NCBI GenBank assembly: GCA_964636545.1
Contig: CAZWSR010000004.1
Span: 9,524 to 73,523 of the forward strand
Reading direction: 5' to 3'
DNA: 64,000 bases
From: Candidatus Undinarchaeota archaeon
GTDB lineage: Archaea > Undinarchaeota > Undinarchaeia > Undinarchaeales > UBA543
Part shown: piece by piece, positions 49,102 through 58,485 of the stretch
How the letters are laid out: each line of letters opens with the position of its first letter
How positions within the stretch are numbered: the stretch's first letter is position 1
The notes under the pieces: generated by a model
Databases searched by the model: none
The model's input: only the letters and a program-made list of their open reading frames with translations
Told to the model about the DNA's origin: nothing
Made by a program: the position numbers and the translations under genes

Positions 49102-50259
49102 ATGAATATCCTACTAACAATTGCCATAGTATTATTTTTTGCAAAAGTAGGTGGATTTATCGCTAAAAGACTAGGACAGAGCAGTGATGTTGGAGAGATT
49201 ATTGTAGGAATGATACTTGGTCCTGGCTTGCTTGGAATATTCACACCAACAGAGTTTTTTCATCATTTTGCAGATATTGGCATTGTCCTCCTTATGTTTT
49301 TAATGGGTTTAGAATTTGATATGAAAGCTTTTGAAAGGTTTTTGAAAGGTGGAATAATGACTGGGCTCTTTGGTGCATTTGTTCCATTTTTCGCAGGAAT
49401 AATACTGGGTTCTTCAGTTTTTGGCTGGTCAGCAACAACTAGCTTTGTGTTTGGAACAATAATGATGGCAACAAGTGTTAGTGTTGCAATGACTGTGTTG
49501 GAAGAAGTGAAAAAGCTCAGAAGTGAATCAACATATACAATCGTAGATGCTGCAATTGTTGATGATGTTCTTGGTGTTGGAATGCTCACAATTGTACTTG
49601 GGTTAATTTCTAAAAGCACACCTTCTGCATTTACATTTGGTTTGCTTGGTTTAGAAATGATAGCATTCTTTGCATTTGTTCTGCTCCTTGGTCCAAGAAT
49701 CTCAGACCTTGTACTTAAATTTGGAAAATATTTAGATCTTAGAGTAAAAGAAGGTCACTTATCAACAATTCTCATAATTCTATTTGCAACAACATTTATT
49801 GCACATTACATTGGACTTTCAATTATCATTGGAGCATTTTTAGCAGGAACAATTTTCAAGAAAGCACATATTAAAAAAATACAGCACGAAGTTTACAGTA
49901 TGACATATGGCCTATTCATACCGATTTTCTTTGTGTTTGTTGGAAGTTTCCTTAACCCAGCTGTTTTAATAGAATATTGGTATTTCATATTTTTGATTGT
50001 TCTTGTAGCAATGATTAGTAAATTCATAGGATCGTTTTTTGGAGCAATATTATCTGGACTAACAAAGAAAAGCTCAATAGCTGTTGGTTTAGGAATGATG
50101 GGAAAATGTGAAGTTTCTCTTGTTATTGCAGTGCTTGCACACAATTTAGGAGTATTTCCAGAAAATGTTTACACAGTAGTAGTAACTTCAGTTGTATTAA
50201 TCATGATATTAACTCCAATTATTTTTGGACAATATATGAAGAGGGCTCTTCCTAGATGA
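49102..50259 (+). CDS. CPA2/NapA-type Na+/H+ antiporter
   Basis: GEIIVGMILGP, ATSVSV, AAIVDD, IGAFLAG. Confidence 0.9.
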   Translation: MNILLTIAIVLFFAKVGGFIAKRLGQSSDVGEIIVGMILGPGLLGIFTPTEFFHHFADIGIVLLMFLMGLEFDMKAFERFLKGGIMTGLFGAFVPFFAGIILGSSVFGWSATTSFVFGTIMMATSVSVAMTVLEEVKKLRSESTYTIVDAAIVDDVLGVGMLTIVLGLISKSTPSAFTFGLLGLEMIAFFAFVLLLGPRISDLVLKFGKYLDLRVKEGHLSTILIILFATTFIAHYIGLSIIIGAFLAGTIFKKAHIKKIQHEVYSMTYGLFIPIFFVFVGSFLNPAVLIEYWYFIFLIVLVAMISKFIGSFFGAILSGLTKKSSIAVGLGMMGKCEVSLVIAVLAHNLGVFPENVYTVVVTSVVLIMILTPIIFGQYMKRALPR

Positions 50260-52946
50260 ATTATAAATACTCCTCAAATAAGACAGAGCAAGTCTTGGGG
50301 AAACTAGAAACAACAAAGAAAGGACTTTCAGAATTTGAGGCAAATAAACGATTTAGAGCACATGGGCCAAATGAATTAAAAGAAGGTAAAAAAGACACAA
50401 AACTCAAGATTTTTTTCAGACAATTCAAAAGCACCTTAGTTGTAATATTAATTTTTGCAGCAATTGTATCAGCGGCAGTTGGTTTTTACAGTAAAGATCC
50501 TGAAGGAATTATTGACACAGGAGTCATTGTTTTAATAATTCTACTTAATTCTATTCTTGGTTTTGTGCAAGAGTACCGAGCAGAAAAAGCAATGGAAGCA
50601 CTAAAGAAAATGTCAGCCCCAAAAGCAACTGTAATAAGAAGTAATATACGCAGAAGGATTTCTTCAAGAAGTTTGGTGCCAGGAGATATTGTAATTCTTG
50701 CAACAGGAGACCGAGTTCCTGCAGATATTAGATTAATTGATTGCACTAATCTCACTGTTGATGAATCTGCGCTCACAGGAGAGTCGGTTCCAGCTCACAA
50801 GAACACGCAAACACTTGCAAGAGATGTAACATCAATTGCAGAGCTTAGCAATATTGTGTTTATGAATACAACAGTTGCAACTGGACGCGCAATAGGTGTT
50901 GTGATTGAAACTGGAATGAAAACACAAATGGGCTTAATTGCGAAAATGATTCAGAAAGCACCAGATAAAGAAACCCCATTGCAGAAAAAGCTTGGGGAAA
51001 TTGGAAAATTTCTTGGAATTGCAACTTTGATTATTTGTACATTAGTTTTTGGTGTTGAAATGCTACGAGGTGGTGCATTGATTCCAGTATTTATGATAGC
51101 AATCAGCTTAGCTGTTGCTGCGGTTCCAGAAGGTTTGCCCGCAGTTGTTACAATAACATTGGCAATGGGTTTGCAGAAAATGGCTCACAGGAACGCAATT
51201 GTAAAGCGGCTTCCAGCTGTAGAAACTCTTGGTTCAACTAATGTTATTTGCACAGACAAAACAGGAACTTTGACAAAGAATCAGATGACTGTGCGTGAAG
51301 CATACTTAAATGGAAACACAGTTGAGATTACTGGAACTGGTTATGAACCAGAAGGAAAAATAAAACTATTAGACAAAGCAACAAAAAAAGAACAAGAGCA
51401 TTTGGAATTATTTTTAAAAGCAGGTGTACTTTGTAATGACTCATATTTACAAGAAGTTAAAGGGAAATGGAAAATGCAAGGAGACCCAACAGAAGGTTGT
51501 TTGCTTACACTAGCTGTAAAAGGGGGATTTAATTTATCAAAACTTAATAAAGAATATCCAAGAATACACGAATTTGAATTTAATTCAACAAGAAAGCGAA
51601 TGACTACAATACATGAACATGAGAATAGGCTTGTTGCATTTTCAAAAGGCGCTCCTGAAATGATTTTGAATAGGTGCTCTTTTTATTATGATGCTGGCAA
51701 GAAAAAAAGATTAACTAAGAAGAAAAGAGAGGAAATAATTGAGAATATTAATGGAATGGCAGAGCGCGCATTGCGAGTTCTTGCACTGGCATATAAAAAA
51801 CTTCCAAAAAAAACAAAATTCAAAGCAGATAAAATAGAAGACAAATTAATTTTTGTTGGTCTTGCTGGAATGATAGACCCCCCTCGTGAAGAAGTAAAAG
51901 AAGCAATTAAAACTTGCAAAACAGCGTGCATACGAACAATAATGGTGACTGGTGACCATCATGAAACAGCAATTGCAATTGGAAAAGAAATTGGTTTGTT
52001 CAAAGAAGGAGAACTTGCAATTGATGGGGAAGAATTGGAGCGAATGAGTGAAAAGAAACTTGGTAAAATAATAGAAAAAGTCTCAATTTTCTCAAGAGTT
52101 TCACCAGAACACAAGGTTAGGATACTCAAAGCATTGCAGGGAAAAGGATATGTGGTTGCAATGACAGGTGATGGTGTAAATGACGCACCTGCCTTGAAAA
52201 ACTCAGACATTGGTGTGTCAATGAGCATAACTGGAACTGATGTTGCTAAAGGAGCAGCAGATATGGTTCTAGAAGATGATAATTTTGCGACAATTGTGCA
52301 TGCAGTTGAAGAAGGACGTTCAATATATGACAATATTCGAAAATTCTTGCATTTTCTCTTAATGAGTAATGGAGCAGAAGTGTTGATAGTATTTATTGCA
52401 GCATTGATTGGAATGCCGCTGCCATTGCTCGCAGTTCAATTATTGTGGATAAATTTACTTACTGACGGCTTACCAGCAGTAGCATTAGCTATGGATCCAC
52501 CAGCTATTGGGATAATGAAAAGAGACCCACGAAAATCAAAAGAAAATACAATATCTCGTTCAATGATACAAAGTATCCTATTCGCTTCTGTGCTTATGTG
52601 TATTGCAACTCTTGGTTTGTTCAAATGGGTGTTGTATAATGGAATGCCAGAAGCACAAGCAAGAACAGTTGCCTTAGCTGTATTGATTGTGCTTGAAATG
52701 GTTAGTGTGCAGATAGTACGTGGCCGTTATAATGTAAAATGGAATTCCAATAAGTGGGTGTGGCTTGCAATATTACTGTCACTTGGACTAATGATAGCAA
52801 TAATATACATGCCAATGTTGCAGACATTGTTCCACACAGTAGCGCTTCCATTGTCAATTTGGCCTTGGATAATTGGAATATCCGCAATAGTTTATATAGT
52901 GATAATCAGTAAGCAGTTTATTGAAAAAAGAATAAAATGGAAATGA
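50256..52946 (+). CDS. P-type ATPase, type IIA (SERCA-like Ca2+ pump)
   Basis: LTGES, VAAVPEGL, DKTGT, KGAPE, TGDGVNDAP, QLLWINLLTD. Confidence 0.95.
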   Translation: MNYKYSSNKTEQVLGKLETTKKGLSEFEANKRFRAHGPNELKEGKKDTKLKIFFRQFKSTLVVILIFAAIVSAAVGFYSKDPEGIIDTGVIVLIILLNSILGFVQEYRAEKAMEALKKMSAPKATVIRSNIRRRISSRSLVPGDIVILATGDRVPADIRLIDCTNLTVDESALTGESVPAHKNTQTLARDVTSIAELSNIVFMNTTVATGRAIGVVIETGMKTQMGLIAKMIQKAPDKETPLQKKLGEIGKFLGIATLIICTLVFGVEMLRGGALIPVFMIAISLAVAAVPEGLPAVVTITLAMGLQKMAHRNAIVKRLPAVETLGSTNVICTDKTGTLTKNQMTVREAYLNGNTVEITGTGYEPEGKIKLLDKATKKEQEHLELFLKAGVLCNDSYLQEVKGKWKMQGDPTEGCLLTLAVKGGFNLSKLNKEYPRIHEFEFNSTRKRMTTIHEHENRLVAFSKGAPEMILNRCSFYYDAGKKKRLTKKKREEIIENINGMAERALRVLALAYKKLPKKTKFKADKIEDKLIFVGLAGMIDPPREEVKEAIKTCKTACIRTIMVTGDHHETAIAIGKEIGLFKEGELAIDGEELERMSEKKLGKIIEKVSIFSRVSPEHKVRILKALQGKGYVVAMTGDGVNDAPALKNSDIGVSMSITGTDVAKGAADMVLEDDNFATIVHAVEEGRSIYDNIRKFLHFLLMSNGAEVLIVFIAALIGMPLPLLAVQLLWINLLTDGLPAVALAMDPPAIGIMKRDPRKSKENTISRSMIQSILFASVLMCIATLGLFKWVLYNGMPEAQARTVALAVLIVLEMVSVQIVRGRYNVKWNSNKWVWLAILLSLGLMIAIIYMPMLQTLFHTVALPLSIWPWIIGISAIVYIVIISKQFIEKRIKWK

Positions 52947-53869
52947 TATTGGCTGTGCCACTCTTAATTATTGGATTTGTTATTTTACTGAAAGGCGCAG
53001 ATTGGTTTGTTGATAGTGCTGCCACAATTGCAGGGGCACTCGGAGTTAGCAAATTTGTTATTGGATTCACACTTGTTGCTTTTGGAACATCTTTGCCTGA
53101 AATGGCGGTGTCAGTTGTTGCATCTTTTGCTGGAAAGAGCGCAATAGCCGCAGGAAATGTAGTTGGATCAAATATTGCAAATATCGGACTTGTTATGGGT
53201 GCAGCAGCGTTATTTTTTACAATAAAGATTAAGAAAAGTGATTTTAAGAACGGGGCAATAATGTTTCTTGTGTCTGTTTTGTGTTTTCTGTTGATGTGGG
53301 GTGGAGTTGGCAGAGTTGAAGGATTTGTTCTTTTTGCATGTTTAGCAGTTTACATAAAATACTTGATATCAAAAGAAAAAAGCACAAAACATCATCATTC
53401 AAAAAAGCAACTTGGACACAGCATTATGTTTACAGTAATTGGCTTGCTTGGAGTAATAATCGGAAGTAAACTACTTGTAAATTCTGCAATAACAATAGCT
53501 GAATTTTTTGGACTATCAGAAATTGTAATAGGAATGACAATTGTAGCTCTTGGAACATCATTGCCCGAGCTAGTTACTTCACTTGTAGCTGCAAAGAAAG
53601 GAATGCAAGAGATTGCAATTGGAAACATAATTGGCAGTAATATGTTCAATATCTCTGCAGTTCTTGGTTTATCTGCACTTGTTAAGCCAATTGCAGCAAT
53701 ACCGCGCTTGTTTAGAGTAGATATGCCAATAATGCTTGTAATAACTGCAGTAATGCTCACCTTTTTGTGGAAGAGTAAGAAGATTACTTATTGGCAAGGC
53801 GGATTGTTAGTAGCAATGTATGTTGGATTTATACTTTCACAATTTGGTGTTTGGGCACTTATTTTTTAA
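52937..53869 (+). CDS. Ca2+/Na+ antiporter (YrbG/CaCA family)
   Basis: Two alpha repeats GTSLPE...GN..GSN. Confidence 0.93.
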   Translation: MEMILAVPLLIIGFVILLKGADWFVDSAATIAGALGVSKFVIGFTLVAFGTSLPEMAVSVVASFAGKSAIAAGNVVGSNIANIGLVMGAAALFFTIKIKKSDFKNGAIMFLVSVLCFLLMWGGVGRVEGFVLFACLAVYIKYLISKEKSTKHHHSKKQLGHSIMFTVIGLLGVIIGSKLLVNSAITIAEFFGLSEIVIGMTIVALGTSLPELVTSLVAAKKGMQEIAIGNIIGSNMFNISAVLGLSALVKPIAAIPRLFRVDMPIMLVITAVMLTFLWKSKKITYWQGGLLVAMYVGFILSQFGVWALIF

Positions 53870-53908
53870 TAGAAAACTATTAAATACTCAAAATTCCTTT
53901 AAGAAAAC

Positions 53909-55033
53909 ATGAATGGATATTATGTTATATTGATATTGTTGGCAATGGTCATTGGTGGCATGAAATACTTGAAAAAGAAAAAAGGATTCAAGGTCACAGG
54001 TCCGCTTGTACTTTTTAGAACAAAGCATGGCGTCAGGATTATAGGGAAAATTGCAAATGCTTGCCCAAGATTTTGGAAAGGGTTTTCAACATTCGGAGTG
54101 GTATTTTGTTTTGCTGCAATGGGATATATTTTCTATGCGCTTTTGAAGAATACACTTAAATTTTTCTCAACACCAGATATGGCGGCAGGAGCTATTCCAG
54201 TAATACCAGGAGTTACAATACCATTTTGGGCTGGAGTAATTGGTTTAATCACAGTTTTGGTATTTCATGAATTTTCACACGGAATCGTTGCAATTGCAGA
54301 GAAAATAAAAGTTAAAAATGTTGGAATTGCATCACTTGGTTTCTTGCCAATTGGAGCTTTTGTTGAGCCAAATGAAAAGCAATTAAAGAAAAAGAAAACT
54401 CATTCGCAACTTCGAATGTATGCAGCAGGCTCATTTATGAATTTCATTATTGGAGGACTGACATTGGTATTACTTTTATTCATAATACTTCCTGGAATGG
54501 CGACTTTGTCTCCAGCAGCACACATTGTAAGTGTTGATGTAGATAGTCCAGCAGAATTAGCAGGGCTTCCAGCAGAAGCAGTTCTTTACAGTATTGGAGA
54601 AACGCAAGTAACTGGTATTGACGAGTTTATGTCAGCAACAGATAACACAGTACCTGGACAAAATATTGTTCTTAGCACAGATCAGGGAGACTATCCAGTA
54701 CAACTTGGTGAAAAGGCAGGCTCGTCATATATAGGAATACAAGCAGTTTTCTGCACAAAGAACGTAATACACCCACTTTGTTATAACACAAAACCATGGG
54801 TGCCAAATAATATGTTCTGGTTTACTGTTGGTGCACTAAACTGGATAATAATACTTAACTTTGGTATTGGATTATTCAATCTTCTGCCACTAAAACCATT
54901 TGACGGCGGACTAATGACAGAGGCAGTTACAAAAAAGATTGTTCCAAAAGCATCAAAGTTCATGGTACGGGGTTTGAGTGCAATTTGTATCCTGATGGTT
55001 GTAATAAATTTGGTTGGACCGTATATTTTCTAA
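53909..55033 (+). CDS. site-2 protease (M50) with PDZ domain
   Basis: HEFSH, GAFVEP, AAG..MN, NLLPLKPFDGG. Confidence 0.92.
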   Translation: MNGYYVILILLAMVIGGMKYLKKKKGFKVTGPLVLFRTKHGVRIIGKIANACPRFWKGFSTFGVVFCFAAMGYIFYALLKNTLKFFSTPDMAAGAIPVIPGVTIPFWAGVIGLITVLVFHEFSHGIVAIAEKIKVKNVGIASLGFLPIGAFVEPNEKQLKKKKTHSQLRMYAAGSFMNFIIGGLTLVLLLFIILPGMATLSPAAHIVSVDVDSPAELAGLPAEAVLYSIGETQVTGIDEFMSATDNTVPGQNIVLSTDQGDYPVQLGEKAGSSYIGIQAVFCTKNVIHPLCYNTKPWVPNNMFWFTVGALNWIIILNFGIGLFNLLPLKPFDGGLMTEAVTKKIVPKASKFMVRGLSAICILMVVINLVGPYIF

Positions 55034-55117
55034 AAAATAACCAATTTTACTACTAACCAATGACATAAAAACCAATAGCAGTAAGGTATATAATAGATGA
55101 CATTCACGGGTAATTGC

Positions 55118-55945
55118 ATGAGGGAAAAGAAAAAAATTCTAAAGAAAAAGACTACTGCAAAACCAAAGAAGAGTTCTAAAAAAATAAGTAAACCGCGCAC
55201 AAGCTTGCTCAAAAAAGTTCTGGGTAAGAAAAAAATATTAAAAAAATCAGCGCCAGCTAAAAAAAGAACACCAATAAAGAAAACTGGGGCAAGGCGAATA
55301 AAAAAAGTTGCTGGAAAAAAGAAAGTTGTAAAGAAAAAAACAACTTCTAAAAAAACATCAGCAAAAAGAAAGACTGTAAAGAAAATAAAACATTCATTTT
55401 TAGAGGATAAACAACTAACAGGATACTTGCAAACACTCCTAGGCGAGGAAGGAATGCAAGTTGTTACTCAGATAGCTCACAAGGAACGATCAGATGTTGA
55501 CCTTGCTGAAAAAATGGAACTGAAAGCAAATATAATTCGCAAGCATTTATACGCAATGTATGAAGCAGGAGTAGTTACATACAGAAGACATCGGTCAAAA
55601 ACTGGCTGGTATACATATTATTGGAAACTGCACCCAGAGAGGATTACAAAAGCGATAAATCAAGAGAAGGATGACAATATTCAAGAACTTATGGGAATGA
55701 TTGAATATGAGAAAACCAATCACTTTTATCAGTGCAAAAACAAGTGCACGCGCGTGGTTTTTGATGAAGCAACTGACCTAGGATTTAGATGTATGAAATG
55801 TGACAAACCACTTGAACATTCAGATAACAACCACTTCATAAAAGAATTGGAAAAGAGGGTAAATAACCTTCAAACAGTAATAGAAGAACCTATAGAACCA
55901 ACAGAATCTGTAGAACCAACGAAATCTGAAAAAGAAAGTAAATAA
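55118..55945 (+). CDS. tfe: transcription factor E alpha with long Lys-rich N-terminal extension
   Basis: wHTH IRKHLY.MYE.G.V.YRR.R...GWY.YYW, Zn ribbon C..C / F.C..C..PL; start chosen about 24 nt after TATA gtatataa. Confidence 0.9.
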   Translation: MREKKKILKKKTTAKPKKSSKKISKPRTSLLKKVLGKKKILKKSAPAKKRTPIKKTGARRIKKVAGKKKVVKKKTTSKKTSAKRKTVKKIKHSFLEDKQLTGYLQTLLGEEGMQVVTQIAHKERSDVDLAEKMELKANIIRKHLYAMYEAGVVTYRRHRSKTGWYTYYWKLHPERITKAINQEKDDNIQELMGMIEYEKTNHFYQCKNKCTRVVFDEATDLGFRCMKCDKPLEHSDNNHFIKELEKRVNNLQTVIEEPIEPTESVEPTKSEKESK

Positions 55946-55989
55946 ATGACTCCATATTCTTTTTAAACCTATAACTTATAGAGAATTCT

Positions 55990-57255
55990 ATGAAATTACC
56001 AAAAGATGTTTTGCTAAGAGGAAGTATTATTCTATTTGCTAGCAATATTCTTATGCGCGGGCTTGATTATTTGTATCGTGTAATGATGGGGCGAGCACTT
56101 CAGCCACATGAATTTGGAATTTTGAATCTAGCGCTCCCATTACAGTTTACAATAATCATGCTAACATCAATTGGGATTGCACCAAGTATTGCGCGATTTA
56201 CTGCAAGACATCTTGGGAGAGGAGAGAAACATAAACTAAGTGAATTATATTCTTCAACATTATTTTATTATGTATTAGCAGCTACAGTACTCGGTGCTGT
56301 AGTATTCTTTGGATCAAATTGGATTGCATATTCATTTTTCAAAGTACCTGAACTTGCACTTATAATAAAAATAACTGCATTTGGAATCCCATTTGGAGTT
56401 TTTGTGTCAGTGTATACTGGTTTTTTCCAAGGATTTAAGAAAATGGATAGAATGAGTTACACAATAATTGCACATCAAGTATTCAGAGTAGTGGTATCAG
56501 CACTTCTGGTTTGGCTTGGTTACAGAGTTGTTGGAGCTATCCTTGGTTCTTCAATTGCTTTTGCATTTGGAGTTTTTGTTGGATATTTGCTTTTCCGAAA
56601 ATTAGATATTCATTATACAAAAGCAAATTTCAAAACATTTAAAGAAGTTTTCAAATTTTCAGTACCAACTTCAATATCTGGACTTGCCACGGTAATATTT
56701 GTATTCACAGATATTTTCCTTATTGGAAAACTAATGAGTACAACAGCAGTTGGAATTTATTCTGCGGCTTCTCCAACAGCTCGACTTACAATAGCAATTG
56801 CAGTTGCAATATCAGCAACAATACTCCCAATTGTAGCAGAAAAGCGTGCAAAAAATAATGAAGAAAAAATAAAACATCATACATATCAATCCTTGTTATA
56901 CTATCTCTTGGCTGCGATTCCGCTAATGGTAGGACTTTATTTTATTGCACCGTGGATGCTTTCAACGCTATTTGGGCAAGCATACCTTGCAGGAACAACT
57001 GCATTTAGAATTTTAATAGTTGGTTCATTCTTTATCAGTATCCATATTGTTCTTGCTGGTTCATTTCAGGGAATTGGTTGGCCATCAATACCAATGTATG
57101 TCATTATGCTGGCAGCAATTGTGAATCTAATTCTTAATTTAAAACTAATACCACTATATGGAATAGAAGGAGCAGCATTAGCTACATCAATAAGCTCAGG
57201 AATAGCAGGAGTAGCAGCACTTGGAATATTTATGGCAATAAGAAATAAGACTTAA
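55990..57255 (+). CDS. MOP-family oligosaccharide flippase (RfbX/AglR-like)
   Basis: About 12 TMs; GIYSAA, LIPLYGIEGAALAT. Confidence 0.88.
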   Translation: MKLPKDVLLRGSIILFASNILMRGLDYLYRVMMGRALQPHEFGILNLALPLQFTIIMLTSIGIAPSIARFTARHLGRGEKHKLSELYSSTLFYYVLAATVLGAVVFFGSNWIAYSFFKVPELALIIKITAFGIPFGVFVSVYTGFFQGFKKMDRMSYTIIAHQVFRVVVSALLVWLGYRVVGAILGSSIAFAFGVFVGYLLFRKLDIHYTKANFKTFKEVFKFSVPTSISGLATVIFVFTDIFLIGKLMSTTAVGIYSAASPTARLTIAIAVAISATILPIVAEKRAKNNEEKIKHHTYQSLLYYLLAAIPLMVGLYFIAPWMLSTLFGQAYLAGTTAFRILIVGSFFISIHIVLAGSFQGIGWPSIPMYVIMLAAIVNLILNLKLIPLYGIEGAALATSISSGIAGVAALGIFMAIRNKT

Positions 57256-57260
57256 ACAAG

Positions 57261-57956
57261 TTACTTTCCGCGCATTTTAACAACTGTTGCATGTTTTTCT
57301 GCAATTTCAACAAATGGCTTCATTTCATCATCTGTTTGCGGTTTTTTCTCATTAAATTTTGGATCAAGACACATTCCAGAGCGGAATTTTTGAATGCAAA
57401 ACTTTTTTGCGCCACTAACTTGAGCTACAAGTTTTTCAAAAACTTCTAGAGTATGCAACTCAGGAACAATTGTTGTTCTAAATTCATAATCAATTCCAGA
57501 ATCCATTATTAATTTAACACTTTCTTTTAATTGTTCAGCATTAAATGGAACTCCAATAAAATCCCCATAATTTTCCCATGGCCCTTTAATATCCATTGCT
57601 ACAAAATCAACTAGCTTAGAATCAATTAATGTTTTCAGAACCTCAGGATTTGTACCATTTGTATCTAATTTAACAAGAAAGTCCTTGCCCTTTAACTTTT
57701 GACAGAAATCAACAAGGCCAGATGACAGAGTTGGTTCGCCGCCTGTAATACATACACCATCAATAAAGTCATTGTGTTTTTCAATAAATGCAAATACAAC
57801 ATCTTCAGGAACATCCACGACAGTGTCTGGTTCTAGCACTAATGCACCATTAAAACAAAAACCGCATTGGAAATTACATCCTCCTGTAAAAACAACAGAA
57901 CAAACCTGTCCGTCCCAATCTACAAAACTGGTTTCAACAAATCCTTTTAGTTTCAT
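57261..57956 (-). CDS. nrdG: anaerobic ribonucleotide reductase activating enzyme (radical SAM)
   Basis: GCNFQCGFC, ITGGEPT, KLDTNG, AMDIK, YEFRTT. Confidence 0.93.
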   Translation of the reverse strand: MKLKGFVETSFVDWDGQVCSVVFTGGCNFQCGFCFNGALVLEPDTVVDVPEDVVFAFIEKHNDFIDGVCITGGEPTLSSGLVDFCQKLKGKDFLVKLDTNGTNPEVLKTLIDSKLVDFVAMDIKGPWENYGDFIGVPFNAEQLKESVKLIMDSGIDYEFRTTIVPELHTLEVFEKLVAQVSGAKKFCIQKFRSGMCLDPKFNEKKPQTDDEMKPFVEIAEKHATVVKMRGK

Positions 57957-58255
57957 TCTTCAGTTTCTTCACTTGTTGTTTCTTGTTCAGGTTCAGTAGC
58001 CCCGCTGAAATATTCCTTTATTTTTTCTGCATCGGGAGGTGCACCTCGCCAGGAATCAAGTTCTTTTCCAGAATCATCAACAAGCACAGCACTTGGCGTT
58101 GACAAAACCATGTAAAAACTGCCCTCTGTCAGTCCATCAACTTCCTCAGTATCATAATACTCTATGGGAATTCCAGCTTCCTCTAGATCTTTCGCGATCT
58201 TTTTTGCTGGCGGACAGTTAGGACAGTCTTTTTTGGTAAATACTTTAAGCTTCAT
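57953..58255 (-). CDS. thioredoxin/NrdH-like redoxin
   Basis: CPNC active site, V.STP cis-Pro loop; within the nrd operon. Confidence 0.88.
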   Translation of the reverse strand: MKLKVFTKKDCPNCPPAKKIAKDLEEAGIPIEYYDTEEVDGLTEGSFYMVLSTPSAVLVDDSGKELDSWRGAPPDAEKIKEYFSGATEPEQETTSEETEE

Positions 58256-58279
58256 TTTATCATTATTGCTAAGAGTTTC

Positions 58280-58483
58280 TTAGTTGTTCTCTTTTGTTAA
58301 ACTAGAACCCTCTAAAGCACCTTTGTTTGCATGTATTGCGTCTCTTCGTTTTTTAAGCTCGCCGATTTTGCCCTTGTTCCAAGAATTTACCTTGGAAAAG
58401 AAACCAGTGACTCGTGTCATAATCTCAATCTTTTCAGATCCGCATTCTGGGCAAGAGCCCATTGGATTTTTGTTTTCTGTCAT
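58280..58483 (-). CDS. stand-alone NrdD C-terminal glycyl-radical domain, 67 aa
   Basis: MTENKNPMGSCPECGSEKIEIMTRVTGFFSKVNSWNKGKIGELKKR; GGAGGT SD upstream of ATG 58483. Confidence 0.85.
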   Translation of the reverse strand: MTENKNPMGSCPECGSEKIEIMTRVTGFFSKVNSWNKGKIGELKKRRDAIHANKGALEGSSLTKENN

Positions 58484-58485
58484 TT

